Part shown: one piece after another, positions 25,820-35,867 of the stretch
Position numbering within the stretch: the stretch's first letter is position 1
How the letters are laid out: the number at the start of each line of letters is the position of its first letter
From: a bacterium
GTDB taxonomy: Bacteria; JAJRZV01
NCBI GenBank assembly: GCA_024275095.1
Contig: JAJRZV010000117.1
Span: 1-62,912 of the forward strand
Reading direction: 5' to 3'
Length of the DNA: 62,912 nt
The notes under the pieces: generated by a model
What the model saw: the letters and a program-made list of their open reading frames with translations, nothing else
What the model was told of the DNA's origin: nothing
Databases searched by the model: none
Position numbers and translations under genes: made by a program

Positions 25820-27457
25820 CTAATATTTGGGATCTCCTTCTTCCAGTACATCCTCAGGTAACATGTTTTTGTATTTTTCGATGTTTTCATTGAAGGCTTT
25901 GATCAGCTGTTTTCTTGTGTGGTTGAATGCCTGCTTGTTTTTCCAGGTTTGTTCCGGAAAGAGAATTTTCTGGGGTACGCCGGGACATCTTTCAGGTACA
26001 AGAAATTTGAAGTTTTTATCCTGTTTAAATGGCGCGTTGTCAAGTTCTCCGTCGAGTATTGCTTTGATGATTTGTCTTGTGTGCTTAATGGAAAAACGCC
26101 TGCCTGTCCCGTATTTTCCCCCGGTAAGCCCGGTGTTCACAAGGTAAACGTTGACGTTGTGTTTTACGATTTTTTTCCTGAGCATTTCTGCATATACGAC
26201 GGGAGAGAGGATCATAAACGGCGCTCCAAAGCACGCAGAAAAGACAGCCCTAGGTTCTTTCACTCCTACTTCTGTTCCTGCAACTTTTGCGGTATAGCCG
26301 GATACGAAGTGATACATGGCCTGTGCAGGTGTGAGCTTTGCCACGGGTGGAAGTACTCCAAATGCATCGTATGTAAGAAAGATGATGTTTTTTGGATGTG
26401 GCCCCGTGCCTTCCCTGACGATGCGGGGAAGGTGGGTTATCGGGTAAGATGCACGGGTGTTTTCTGTGAGTGAGTTGTCGTCGAGGTTAACTCGCCGTGA
26501 CTGTATGTCTATGGCCACATTTTCCAGTATGGTGCCAAATTTTCTGGTACACTCGTAAATCTCTGGTTCACTTTCTTTCGAAAGTCGTATTACCTTCGCG
26601 TAACAGCCGCCTTCAAGATTGAATATTCCTTCAGAAGACCAGCCGTGTTCGTCGTCACCGATCAAATACCTTTCGGGATCTGTCGAAAGTGTTGTTTTGC
26701 CCGTACCTGAGAGACCGAAGAAAATCGCCACGTCCCCTTTATTTCCCATATTGGCGGCACAGTGCATGGTCAGCACATTCTGCGACGGCAGGATATAATT
26801 CATCAAAGTGAATACCGCTTTTTTAATCTCACCAGCATAAGAGGTACCGCCTATTATGATGAGTTTTTTTTCCAGGTTGAGAATTACGAATGTTTCGGAA
26901 TTGGTGCCGTCTACTTCGGGAATTGCATGAAAACCCGGGGCATGGATCACGGTTATATCGGGAGTAAAGTTTTTTAGTTTCGCCGGGTTTAATTCTCGAA
27001 TAAGCATGTTCCGTGCAAACAGGCTGTGCCAGGCCTTTTCCGTGATTACACGAACTTTTCTCCGGTGCTTTGCGCTTGCGCCTACATAGCATTCCTGAAC
27101 ATACACTTCCCTCGACTGGAAGTAAGAAACCATTCGTCTGTAAAGGTGTTCAAAGTTTTTTTTCTCGATGGGCTGATTGTCCGGGCCCCACCATATTTTC
27201 TTACTGCTGGGGCCGCTTTTCACAATGAATCTATCCCGGGGCGATCTACCGGTGTGATGTCCTGTTCTCACGACGAGAGGACCGAGATGGGCGAGGATGC
27301 CTTCTCTTCTTTGAAGCGCCATTTCGTAAAGGGCAGGCGTGGGCAGGTGCCAGTAAATTCTTTCCAGGTTTTTCAGGCCGTGCTCTTCAAGTCCCTGCTT
27401 CTCGTTTTTTATTACTTTCAACTTTACCCCCTTCGCGCGTTGTGAATCTGAATCCAT
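25820..27457 (-). CDS. pckA: phosphoenolpyruvate carboxykinase (ATP)
   Basis: 545 aa with RTGHHTGRSPRDRF, the kinase-1a motif GLSGTGKTTLS and GDDEHGW. Confidence 0.9.
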   Translation of the reverse strand: MDSDSQRAKGVKLKVIKNEKQGLEEHGLKNLERIYWHLPTPALYEMALQRREGILAHLGPLVVRTGHHTGRSPRDRFIVKSGPSSKKIWWGPDNQPIEKKNFEHLYRRMVSYFQSREVYVQECYVGASAKHRRKVRVITEKAWHSLFARNMLIRELNPAKLKNFTPDITVIHAPGFHAIPEVDGTNSETFVILNLEKKLIIIGGTSYAGEIKKAVFTLMNYILPSQNVLTMHCAANMGNKGDVAIFFGLSGTGKTTLSTDPERYLIGDDEHGWSSEGIFNLEGGCYAKVIRLSKESEPEIYECTRKFGTILENVAIDIQSRRVNLDDNSLTENTRASYPITHLPRIVREGTGPHPKNIIFLTYDAFGVLPPVAKLTPAQAMYHFVSGYTAKVAGTEVGVKEPRAVFSACFGAPFMILSPVVYAEMLRKKIVKHNVNVYLVNTGLTGGKYGTGRRFSIKHTRQIIKAILDGELDNAPFKQDKNFKFLVPERCPGVPQKILFPEQTWKNKQAFNHTRKQLIKAFNENIEKYKNMLPEDVLEEGDPKY

Positions 27458-27718
27458 GGAGTCTATATAATACCATCAACACCGCCAGAGAGGATAAGAA
27501 AGTGAGGAAAGGATGTATGGATTAGTTTTGCATGATTAATAGTAACTTTTTCTGCTTGTTAATCTCCCTATTTTCTGCTTTACATTAAAAATCTGCATCT
27601 TGTCATTATTATATTGTTCTTCTGGAAGAATGGAGTAAAACTTTTTTGCTATATCTTTTGATACACGAAAGAATACCTGGTAATATTTTTTATAATTAAA
27701 ATTCAGAAGAGGGTGGGT

Positions 27719-29371
27719 ATGAACGCAAAAATTAAAGTTGATAAAAAATTGCAAGATATTGATATTACCGAAAGGGGATGGTTTTATCCCTGGTGTACAG
27801 AGGAAAATCTCAATGGTGCGTTAAAGGAAATCAAAGAGGTAGTCGGAGAAGAATGGGCAACTAATGACCTTGCTATTAGAAATAACTACTCAAGAGACCA
27901 GAGCACGGTAAAACGGGTTGTCCCCCACCTTGTTGTTTTACCTGCATCCACTGGAGAAGTCGCCGGTGTTGTAAAGATTGCATACAAGAGGCGCATCCCC
28001 GTTGTTGTGGGCTCATGCAGAATCAACCAGTCAGGCGAGTGCATTCCCAGGCGTGGTGGAATACTGCTGGATCTCGTAAGGATGGACCAGATCCTGGAAA
28101 TTGATGAAGAGGGTATGTATGCCACTGTTCAGCCGTTCGTGAAATGGCAGGACCTCCAGATAGAAGGAGAGAAATTCGGGTACTGGGAAGGCCGGGCATT
28201 ATATGGATGCAAACCAGAGGCTCCCGCATCGGCCTCGGTACTGGGTAATACGCTTGGATACGGTCTTTCTTTTCACAACATTTGGTATGGTTCAGGTATT
28301 AACCGCGTGGTTAGCATGACATGTGTGCTTGGTGATGGCACGGTGGTGAAGCTGGGTTCCGAAGCTATGCCCGGTGCGGGAAAAATCGGCGGTGCTTATG
28401 GGCCGGGGATGATGCTTGCACAGATGCACTGCATGATGCGGGGGAGGCTCGGAATTGTGACCGAACTGACAGTAGAACTATTCCCATGGTACAAATACCG
28501 CCGTTACTACACCTTTCTTTCAACTGAGAAGAACTTTTTCAGGCATATTGAGTGGTGGTACAAAATCATGCGGCTTGACCTTTTCTCCATGTTCATTGCC
28601 CAAGCCGAGCCTGCCACGTGCATCGCCCAGATGGCCACTCCAAATTTCAAAGAGGCAGAGGAATTTTTGGAAATTATGGAGAATATAGGTCTTTTTCCCA
28701 CGTGCGTGTGGCTTGGCATTGTCAGCGCGGAAACGCAGAAGGAGCTTGATGCCAAGTGCCGCATGATTGAAAAGGTTACAGAGGAAACAAAGGGCGCCCC
28801 TCTTCTGGTCAACATGCAGGTGCTGCTTGAGGCTTCGGGCCTCGAGACCTCAAAGGTTCTCGGCAGATTCGGGGGAATAGGCCAGTACCTGCGCAAAACA
28901 AGGAATACCATAAACTACATGAGACAGAAAGAAACCGAGTGGTACTCTGCCTCCTGGATTCAATTGAGTAATGCACCAAGATATTACGAGACCCTGTTAA
29001 GAGCGGCGCGCCAGCAATTGGGACAGAGAGACCCGTGGCTGGAAAAGAAAAACAGGTCGCATTTCAGAGACGACGACACCGAATTCTATATGTGTGCGTA
29101 TTATGGAGGCAGGGTGATTATCTTTGAGAGAGACTACTGCCAGGCATTCAGCAATCCATACGAATTTTACAAGTCCAGGGGTTTTGTGGAGCAGGCAGCC
29201 TATGAACAGTATAAAAGTGGAATGACAGGAGGATGGAGATACGCCAAGCCCGGTTCTGTATGGGAACGTTTGGAGAGAAAAATTAAAAAGGTTTTTGACC
29301 CGAGGGATATTTTGAACCCCGATTACGACGGATTCATTGAAGAGATGATATACGGCGGGAAAGCCTATTGA
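27719..29371 (+). CDS. divergent FAD-linked oxidase family protein (GlcD-like subunit)
   Basis: 550 aa counted from the ATG at 27719 (RBS GAGGGTGG). It has the FAD_binding_4-like layout and C-terminal DPRDILNP. The glycine-rich FAD loop is replaced by VVGSCRINQSG. Confidence 0.6.
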   Translation: MNAKIKVDKKLQDIDITERGWFYPWCTEENLNGALKEIKEVVGEEWATNDLAIRNNYSRDQSTVKRVVPHLVVLPASTGEVAGVVKIAYKRRIPVVVGSCRINQSGECIPRRGGILLDLVRMDQILEIDEEGMYATVQPFVKWQDLQIEGEKFGYWEGRALYGCKPEAPASASVLGNTLGYGLSFHNIWYGSGINRVVSMTCVLGDGTVVKLGSEAMPGAGKIGGAYGPGMMLAQMHCMMRGRLGIVTELTVELFPWYKYRRYYTFLSTEKNFFRHIEWWYKIMRLDLFSMFIAQAEPATCIAQMATPNFKEAEEFLEIMENIGLFPTCVWLGIVSAETQKELDAKCRMIEKVTEETKGAPLLVNMQVLLEASGLETSKVLGRFGGIGQYLRKTRNTINYMRQKETEWYSASWIQLSNAPRYYETLLRAARQQLGQRDPWLEKKNRSHFRDDDTEFYMCAYYGGRVIIFERDYCQAFSNPYEFYKSRGFVEQAAYEQYKSGMTGGWRYAKPGSVWERLERKIKKVFDPRDILNPDYDGFIEEMIYGGKAY

Positions 29372-29378
29372 GGATAAA

Positions 29379-30779
29379 ATGAGCAAGTCCATCACTGAGG
29401 CTCTTGTCCACATTTTGGGGAGAGAAAATGTGCTTACCGGTTCGAGAGAAATTATCTCACGCTATTTTCGCAACAGGGTTAATCGCACTGGCATCATTGC
29501 TGTCACACCGAAAAATGTAAAAGCGGTACAAAGGATTGTTTCTTTTGCAATCAAAACCCGAATCCCCATCTACACCCTTGGAGGGATGTGGTCCCCTGAG
29601 GAAATTGCCTCAAACAAAGGAATTCTCCTTGACCTTTCAAAAATGAATCGAATCTACGAGATAGACCCTGTTAATCTTCATGCGATTATAGGGCCTGGTG
29701 TTACCTTTTCCCAGTTTCAGGAAAAAGTAAAAAAATATGAGCCCCCGGTAAAAATAGCTTTTCCAGTATGTGCAGATTCACCCTTTATTTTATGCAACTA
29801 TATGAACCGTAACATTACGCTTAATGCCCCGACATTACGGGGTAGAACAATTATCGTTTCCAATTATCATGTGGTACTTCCTGACTCAGGAGACATTTTT
29901 AAAAGCGGTTCTCACAGCATATCTGAGCAGGACCACGTTCCTGATTGGCCCGGGACAGGAGGCACGGCCCCTTCTTTAGCATTCTATGGTACTGATGATG
30001 CACTGGGTATCCCTGTTAAAGGTGTAGTATGGCTGTTTCCTGTTCAGGAACACCGCGAAGTTATCCTGTTTCGATTTCCTGACCATGAATCTGTAAATGC
30101 GTTTCTTTTTGAACATTGTCGTGCTGGACGATTTGTCGAAGCGTACGGGGCCAACCAGACCTTTTTATCAGCTCTTCTTGCAAAAAATGAATCCGAAATG
30201 AAAGAGCTGAGAAAAGAAATTCCCGAATGGATTGTTGCAGGTACACTTGAAGGTTCGGAAGAGCTGGTGACTGTAATAAAAGAAATACTGATAACTTCTG
30301 CAAAGAAATTCAACGGGCAAATATTCAGCCATGAACTGCTTTGTTCCACTTTCGATAAGCCATGGTATGTGTGGGATAGAAACAAGTATAAGGGTCACAG
30401 TGAAATAATCAGCTTTTATTGTTTGTTCAGCAGGTTTGAACAGTTGAAGAAGGTTCTTACGGGTGAACTGGAACATCTTGGATATTCAAACAGCGAAGTG
30501 GGGCAGCTTGTGCTGCCTTTAAAACAGGCCCGTTCACTTTATGCTGAATTTGACCTTTACTTCGAAGATAAGGAAGAAGGTAAAAACATTTATATCCGGG
30601 CGTATAAGAAAGTTATTGACGCTGGAGCGTTTGTAGATAGACCCGCTGGGAGCATTGCGGAGTATGTTTATTCTAAAAATCCTGAGATATGGAAATTGCA
30701 GCGGGAAGTAAAGCGACAACTTGATCCTCACAATATTCTCAATCCACATCAATTTATTGCCCGCAGAGGTGGGTCATGA
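29379..30779 (+). CDS. divergent FAD-linked oxidase family protein (GlcE-like subunit)
   Basis: 466 aa with the FAD_binding_4-like N-domain (ILLDLSKMNRIYEIDPVNLHAIIGPGVTF) and C-terminal LDPHNILNP. Confidence 0.6.
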   Translation: MSKSITEALVHILGRENVLTGSREIISRYFRNRVNRTGIIAVTPKNVKAVQRIVSFAIKTRIPIYTLGGMWSPEEIASNKGILLDLSKMNRIYEIDPVNLHAIIGPGVTFSQFQEKVKKYEPPVKIAFPVCADSPFILCNYMNRNITLNAPTLRGRTIIVSNYHVVLPDSGDIFKSGSHSISEQDHVPDWPGTGGTAPSLAFYGTDDALGIPVKGVVWLFPVQEHREVILFRFPDHESVNAFLFEHCRAGRFVEAYGANQTFLSALLAKNESEMKELRKEIPEWIVAGTLEGSEELVTVIKEILITSAKKFNGQIFSHELLCSTFDKPWYVWDRNKYKGHSEIISFYCLFSRFEQLKKVLTGELEHLGYSNSEVGQLVLPLKQARSLYAEFDLYFEDKEEGKNIYIRAYKKVIDAGAFVDRPAGSIAEYVYSKNPEIWKLQREVKRQLDPHNILNPHQFIARRGGS

Positions 30780-32209
30780 GTAAGAATGATTTTCGAAAAG
30801 GACGAGAGGAAAAAGGATATTACAGGTATATGCACGACAGATACATAGAATTGCTTAACTCAGGGGAAAGAGAGGAATATTCTTCTGAACTGGCAGGCCT
30901 CCCGGCTATCCCTGACTTTGAGTTTGCTGATCATCACGATTTTAAAAGCTTCCTGGATTACCATGGTGAAGTTAAAGGGCGCACTATTTACGATTACCGG
31001 AAACAGGCCTATTCGTGTTTAATATGTCGCGTGTGCAATTCCATTACATGTTTCCGCCAGACGAGCGCCAGATACGGACTTGTATGTCCCAGCGGGGACA
31101 GGTTCAGATATGATAACTACTTTGGCCACGGAAAACTCCAGATGATAAGGGGATTCCTGGACGGTGAGCTCTCCCATCCTTACCCTCCAGAAGGTGAACC
31201 TCTCAGGCCTTTGTTTGAACCCACAGAGAGATTTCTGCATGTGGTGTATACATGTACACTATGTGGAGGTTGTGAATCGCTTTGCAAAATTCAAAAATTA
31301 CTTGAGCCAATGCATGCTGCAGTTGCGCTGAGAGAGTATCTTGTTGAGCAGGGAATAGGTCCTCTGCCAGAGCATCGGGTGGTGTTGAAAAACATGGAAA
31401 ATTACGATAACCCATGGGGAGGAGCGCGAAGCGCGCGGACCCGCTGGCTACCGCGTAACAGAAAAGTAAAAGTTCTTGGTAACGGCAGAGAAAGGGCTGA
31501 AGTGCTTTTCTATGTTGGTTGTACCACTGCGTATGTGGGTTTTCTCAAGAAAGTCCCGTTGAGCATCGTGGATATACTTCAAAAAGCAGATGTTGATTTT
31601 GGAATTCTGGGCAACAGCGAAATTTGCTGTGGTTCTACCATGTTGAGACTTGGTGATAGGAGGGGTTTTGAACGTTTCAAAAGCAGAAATATTGAAATGT
31701 TCAATTCCCTGGGAGTAGAGACGATTGTAACAGGATGCGCTGGTTGTACAAGCACATTTAAAGAAGACTATGCGGATGAATTGAATTGTCAAATATACCA
31801 TATTACAGAATTCTTGGAAAAGCTGTTGCAAGAAGGAAAACTGAGAATGAAAAAAGAGGTGCCTTTACGCCTTACTTACCACGATCCCTGTCACCTGGGC
31901 AGATATTGCGGTATTTACGAAGAACCCAGAACGCTTCTTAAGGCAATTCCGGGGGTGAAGCTTGTTGAAATGGAACGCATCAGGGAAGACGCGTATTGCT
32001 GTGGGGCAGGAGGAGGTGTGAGAACCGCATTTCCTGACTTTTCACTGTGGGTGGCACGCAGGCGAATTACTGAAGCCTTAGAAACTACAGGTTGCAATAT
32101 AGTTGTCACTGCCTGCCCGTTCTGCGAACAAAATCTCGCTGACGCGGGTAATTTGGAAGGTGTGAAGGTCATGGACATCAGTGAGATTGTCAGGCTATCG
32201 ATTGAGTAA
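30776..32209 (+). CDS. Fe-S oxidoreductase with two 4Fe-4S motifs and two CCG domains (GlcF/HdrD-like)
   Basis: 477 aa containing CLICRVCNSITC and CTLCGGCESLC, plus CCG motifs (EICCGS, YCCGAGGG) and CPFC. ATGA overlap with the upstream gene. Confidence 0.8.
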   Translation: MSKNDFRKGREEKGYYRYMHDRYIELLNSGEREEYSSELAGLPAIPDFEFADHHDFKSFLDYHGEVKGRTIYDYRKQAYSCLICRVCNSITCFRQTSARYGLVCPSGDRFRYDNYFGHGKLQMIRGFLDGELSHPYPPEGEPLRPLFEPTERFLHVVYTCTLCGGCESLCKIQKLLEPMHAAVALREYLVEQGIGPLPEHRVVLKNMENYDNPWGGARSARTRWLPRNRKVKVLGNGRERAEVLFYVGCTTAYVGFLKKVPLSIVDILQKADVDFGILGNSEICCGSTMLRLGDRRGFERFKSRNIEMFNSLGVETIVTGCAGCTSTFKEDYADELNCQIYHITEFLEKLLQEGKLRMKKEVPLRLTYHDPCHLGRYCGIYEEPRTLLKAIPGVKLVEMERIREDAYCCGAGGGVRTAFPDFSLWVARRRITEALETTGCNIVVTACPFCEQNLADAGNLEGVKVMDISEIVRLSIE

Positions 32210-32215
32210 CCAGGC

Positions 32216-32893
32216 ATGGATGAACGTACGCTCACTGTACTTGTTCGAAAATTAAAACGTGGAAGTGAACATGAAAAAATTTCTGTTCTCTCGTTGATAT
32301 GTGACTCTGGTGATAAGAGAGTTGTTCCAGAACTTCTTGCTGCTCTTAAACGCGAACAGAACACCGCTGTATGCCTGAGGATTATCTGCACTTTGGGCAG
32401 GCTTGGAGACTCACGTGCTGAACCTTCACTGATGGAGATGCTTTCTTCCCCTGACTGGAGAATAAAAGCTCAATGTGCTCAGGCACTTGGAGAGCTAAAA
32501 GCAGTACAAGCCGTAGACCGTCTTGTTACTTTCCTTGGTGATCAAAATGACCTGCTTCATTGGAGTGTATGTGATGCTCTCGGAAGTATTGGAGGTGAAA
32601 AGGCGCTGGGGCATCTTCTCGATACACTTGAACGCGTTCGCAACAACCGCAGGTGCTGGCACATTATATATGCCCTGGGGAAAATAGGTGATGAGAAAGC
32701 ATTTGATAGAATCATCCCGTTTCTTTCTCATCCTGACAGTGTGGTTAGAAGACACGCGGTGCTTGCTTTAAGACAGATGGATTGGAGACGAGCAAGGAAT
32801 TACCTCAAAAAGTGCTTGAAAGATGTGGATGGCGATGTGAGACATTATGCCGACGAGGCCCTCCGGGGTCAGGTCTCAACATTTGACATTTGA
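32216..32893 (+). CDS. HEAT (PBS-lyase type) repeat protein
   Basis: 225 aa with repeated units (R..A...LG..GD..A...L...L). The last 10 codons and the stop lie inside repeat copy E. Confidence 0.7.
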   Translation: MDERTLTVLVRKLKRGSEHEKISVLSLICDSGDKRVVPELLAALKREQNTAVCLRIICTLGRLGDSRAEPSLMEMLSSPDWRIKAQCAQALGELKAVQAVDRLVTFLGDQNDLLHWSVCDALGSIGGEKALGHLLDTLERVRNNRRCWHIIYALGKIGDEKAFDRIIPFLSHPDSVVRRHAVLALRQMDWRRARNYLKKCLKDVDGDVRHYADEALRGQVSTFDI

Positions 32894-32894
32894 C
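32862..32894 (+). repeat. dispersed repeat, copy E (short)
   Basis: TCCGGGGTCAGGTCTCAACATTTGACATTTGAC. It overlaps the 3' end of the HEAT-repeat CDS. Confidence 0.9.
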
Positions 32895-33176
32895 TTTAAT
32901 GATGTGTGTAATTACACATTCATCACCAGGTTATCCGGAACCCAACGAAATGAGGTTTAAACGGGCAGGATGTTTCGATGTGAGAGTCAAGTTCGAGGGT
33001 TGTATATTGCTTTACAAGGGGTGGACAAACTTTATTATATAAAAGTTTAATAGGTAATCCCCACGGCTTTTTGCTATACTTAATAAAATAGATATTATTT
33101 TTCGTGGGTATTTACCCGGGATGTCAACTCCACCTGAGTATGGGCAGGGGTTGCAGTAACGAGAGTTAAAATAATT

Positions 33177-33884
33177 TTATGGAAGATATATCTGTTTGCC
33201 CATGCGGTTCCAGTCGATTCGTGTGAAGTACTGAAAGAAGGCTTTGGTCCAGTACCACAGCCATCGAAAAAAGGTGGTAATTGGAGGCGCTGGAGTTGCT
33301 GAAGGATTGTTCCTGACGGACCAGTATATCACGTAGGCTTTGCCTTTAATAAGACCCATTTCTACGAGAGAATATTTGGGGTCATACGTGAGTCCGAGTT
33401 CCAGTGCCCACATGCGACTGTCATTGCTTGAGTCCCTGTTGTCTCCCATAACAAAGTAATATCCATGAGGCACAACGATAGGACCAAATTCGTCCCTGTT
33501 GGGAAGGATGCGGCGGTCTTTATACATACCGTAAAGATCCTTTAAGGGTTTGCCGTTGATGAAGATCATTTTCTCGCGTATTTCTACGGTATCTCCCGGG
33601 AGCCCGATTACACGCTTGATGAAGTTTTTGGACTGATCAAGAGGATAGCGAAATACAATAATATCGCCGCGCCGGGGTTTGTTCCATGTGATTATATACT
33701 TGTTAACGAGAGGTAGTCTTATGCCGTATTCAAATTTCCTTACAAGAATATGATCTCCGATGTGAAGTGTTGGTATCATGGAACCAGATGGTATCTCGTA
33801 AGGCTCCACGATGAATATGCGTATGAGCATGGCAATACCTACGGCGATGAGAATGGTCTGAAACTCACTGAATAGTTTTTTCAA
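33177..33884 (-). CDS. lepB: signal peptidase I
   Basis: 235 aa with an N-terminal TM helix, the catalytic Ser box IPSGSMIPTL, the Lys box FIKRVIGLPGD and GDNRDSSNDSR. Confidence 0.9.
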   Translation of the reverse strand: MKKLFSEFQTILIAVGIAMLIRIFIVEPYEIPSGSMIPTLHIGDHILVRKFEYGIRLPLVNKYIITWNKPRRGDIIVFRYPLDQSKNFIKRVIGLPGDTVEIREKMIFINGKPLKDLYGMYKDRRILPNRDEFGPIVVPHGYYFVMGDNRDSSNDSRMWALELGLTYDPKYSLVEMGLIKGKAYVIYWSVRNNPSATPAPPITTFFRWLWYWTKAFFQYFTRIDWNRMGKQIYLP

Positions 33885-33894
33885 TACTTCCTCC

Positions 33895-35697
33895 TCATTT
33901 CACTTTTAACACGGATAGGAATGCTTCCTGAGGAACTTCCACCTGCCCGATTTTTTTCATACGCTTTTTACCTTCTTTTTGTTTCTCCAGCAACTTTCGC
34001 TTTCGTGTGACGTCACCACCATAACACTTTGCTGTCACGTCCTTGCGCAGTGGTTTTACCGTTTCGCGGGCGATTACCCGTCCCTGTACAGCCGCCTGTA
34101 TTGCTACTTCAAAGAGTTGTCGTGGTATGACTTCCTTGAGCTTGCGCACAATTTCCCGACCTCTACGGTGAGCCTGTTCTTTTGGTACCACAAAGGTAAA
34201 AGCATCTACAGGTTTGTTATTGATAAGAATGTCCAGCCTGACCAGGTCTCCTGGACGAAAACCGATAAATTCGTAGTCCATGGATCCGTATCCACGGGTG
34301 GCAGACTTAAGATCGTTGAAAAAGTCCATGATGATTTCCGAACGCGGCATTTCATATTCCAGCACGGCGGTGTAAGGTGTTGGATATTTCAGGCTTTTCT
34401 GAATTCCTCTTCTTCCTTCGCAGAGTTCAATGACTTTGCCCACGTAATCTGGTGGACATATAAGTGTTACCATTACATACGGCTCTTCGAAACGCTGAAT
34501 CCGGGAATAATGTGGAAGTTCGGTAGGGGTGTGCACTTCTATTTCTTTTCCTTCTTTGGTGGTTACCCGGTACCGGACATTGGGGGTGGTGACAACGAGA
34601 CGGAGTCCAAATTCTCTTTCGAGGCGTTCCTGTACAATTTCCATGTGCAACAATCCCAAAAATCCGCACCTGAAGCCAAACCCCAGTGCAGCAGAGGTTT
34701 CCGGTTCAAAAGTAAATGAAGCATCGTTAAGGCGCAGCTTCATCAGTGCATCGCGCAGGTTTTCGTAATCATCAGGATTTTCCGGATAGACGCCCGCGAA
34801 AACCATGGGTTTAAGCTCCTTGAATCCGGGCAAGGACCTGCTGACAGGCTTGGTGTGATGGGTAATGGTATCTCCCAACTTAACCTCACCGGGTTCCTTT
34901 ATTCCTGCGATTACAAACCCGACCTCTCCGGGTCCCAGCTCCTGGACCTCGGAAGGATGTGGTGAAAAAAATCCCAGCCGCTGAACCTCGTATGATCTTC
35001 CGGTGCTGAACAGGCGAATCACATCTCCTTTACGAATAACACCTTCAAAAATTCTTACCATTACCACGACACCAAGATACCGATCATACCACGAATCAAA
35101 AACCAGGGCCTGAAGGGGGTTGTCAGCTTTTCCAGACGGAGGTGGTATTTTTACTGCAATCTGTTCAAGGAGTTTGTCTACATTCCATCCGAACTTTGCA
35201 GACACCTCTATTGCTTCGGATGCATCTATGCCGATAAGGTCTTCTATCTCCAGTTTGACCCTGTCAATGTCAGCATTGGGAAGGTCTATTTTGTTTATAA
35301 CAGGAATAACTTCGAGGTCGTGGTCAACAGCTAAGAAAGCATTGGCTACAGTTTGCGCTTCCACTCCCTGAGTGGCATCTACCAGAAGAATTGCACCCTC
35401 ACATGCGGCCAGGCTCCGTGATACTTCATAACTGAAGTCCACGTGCCCCGGCGTGTCTATGAGATTGAATATAAATTCCTCGCCGGTTTTAGCTCTGTAA
35501 ACGAGTCTTACAGCCACTGCTTTAATGGTAATGCCCCTTTCCCTTTCAATTTCCATGGTGTCCAGAAACTGGTCTTTTTTTTCGCGTTCAGAAATCGCAC
35601 CTGTAATTTCGAGGATGCGATCTGCAAGGGTGCTTTTCCCGTGGTCAATGTGAGCAATAAGTGCGAAATTACGAATGTTCCCGGCTTTTTTCATCAT
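33895..35697 (-). CDS. lepA: translation elongation factor 4 (LepA)
   Basis: [25 protein letters not shown] and NKID. I chose the start at ATG 35697 (RBS AGGAAG) rather than 35721. Confidence 0.92.
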   Translation of the reverse strand: MMKKAGNIRNFALIAHIDHGKSTLADRILEITGAISEREKKDQFLDTMEIERERGITIKAVAVRLVYRAKTGEEFIFNLIDTPGHVDFSYEVSRSLAACEGAILLVDATQGVEAQTVANAFLAVDHDLEVIPVINKIDLPNADIDRVKLEIEDLIGIDASEAIEVSAKFGWNVDKLLEQIAVKIPPPSGKADNPLQALVFDSWYDRYLGVVVMVRIFEGVIRKGDVIRLFSTGRSYEVQRLGFFSPHPSEVQELGPGEVGFVIAGIKEPGEVKLGDTITHHTKPVSRSLPGFKELKPMVFAGVYPENPDDYENLRDALMKLRLNDASFTFEPETSAALGFGFRCGFLGLLHMEIVQERLEREFGLRLVVTTPNVRYRVTTKEGKEIEVHTPTELPHYSRIQRFEEPYVMVTLICPPDYVGKVIELCEGRRGIQKSLKYPTPYTAVLEYEMPRSEIIMDFFNDLKSATRGYGSMDYEFIGFRPGDLVRLDILINNKPVDAFTFVVPKEQAHRRGREIVRKLKEVIPRQLFEVAIQAAVQGRVIARETVKPLRKDVTAKCYGGDVTRKRKLLEKQKEGKKRMKKIGQVEVPQEAFLSVLKVK

Positions 35698-35867
35698 TTC
35701 TCTTCCTGAGACATTTGACAATATGCGTCAATTCCAGTGTATGCTTATTTACCATGAGCCCTGCCTGGTGGGCAATGGTAATAAAGAGGTTGGAAGGAAA
35801 GGACAGTGATTGTATAAATGCATGAAATGCTTTTAAATTACCGGTAAACTGAATAAGGAAGGAGAAA

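Noticed and set aside
27536-27754. 72-aa minus-strand ORF in the pckA / FAD-oxidase divergent spacer
   Set aside because: It is an AT-rich, low-complexity Lys/Asn/Phe-rich product. It overlaps the start of the downstream CDS and has no RBS. This is a typical spurious ORF in a promoter region.
35700-35717. A partial match to the repeat core (GAGACATTTGACAAT) just upstream of lepA
   Set aside because: Only about 10 contiguous nt match, and it lacks the GGGGTCTGG end. This is most likely chance, or at best a degenerate half-site.
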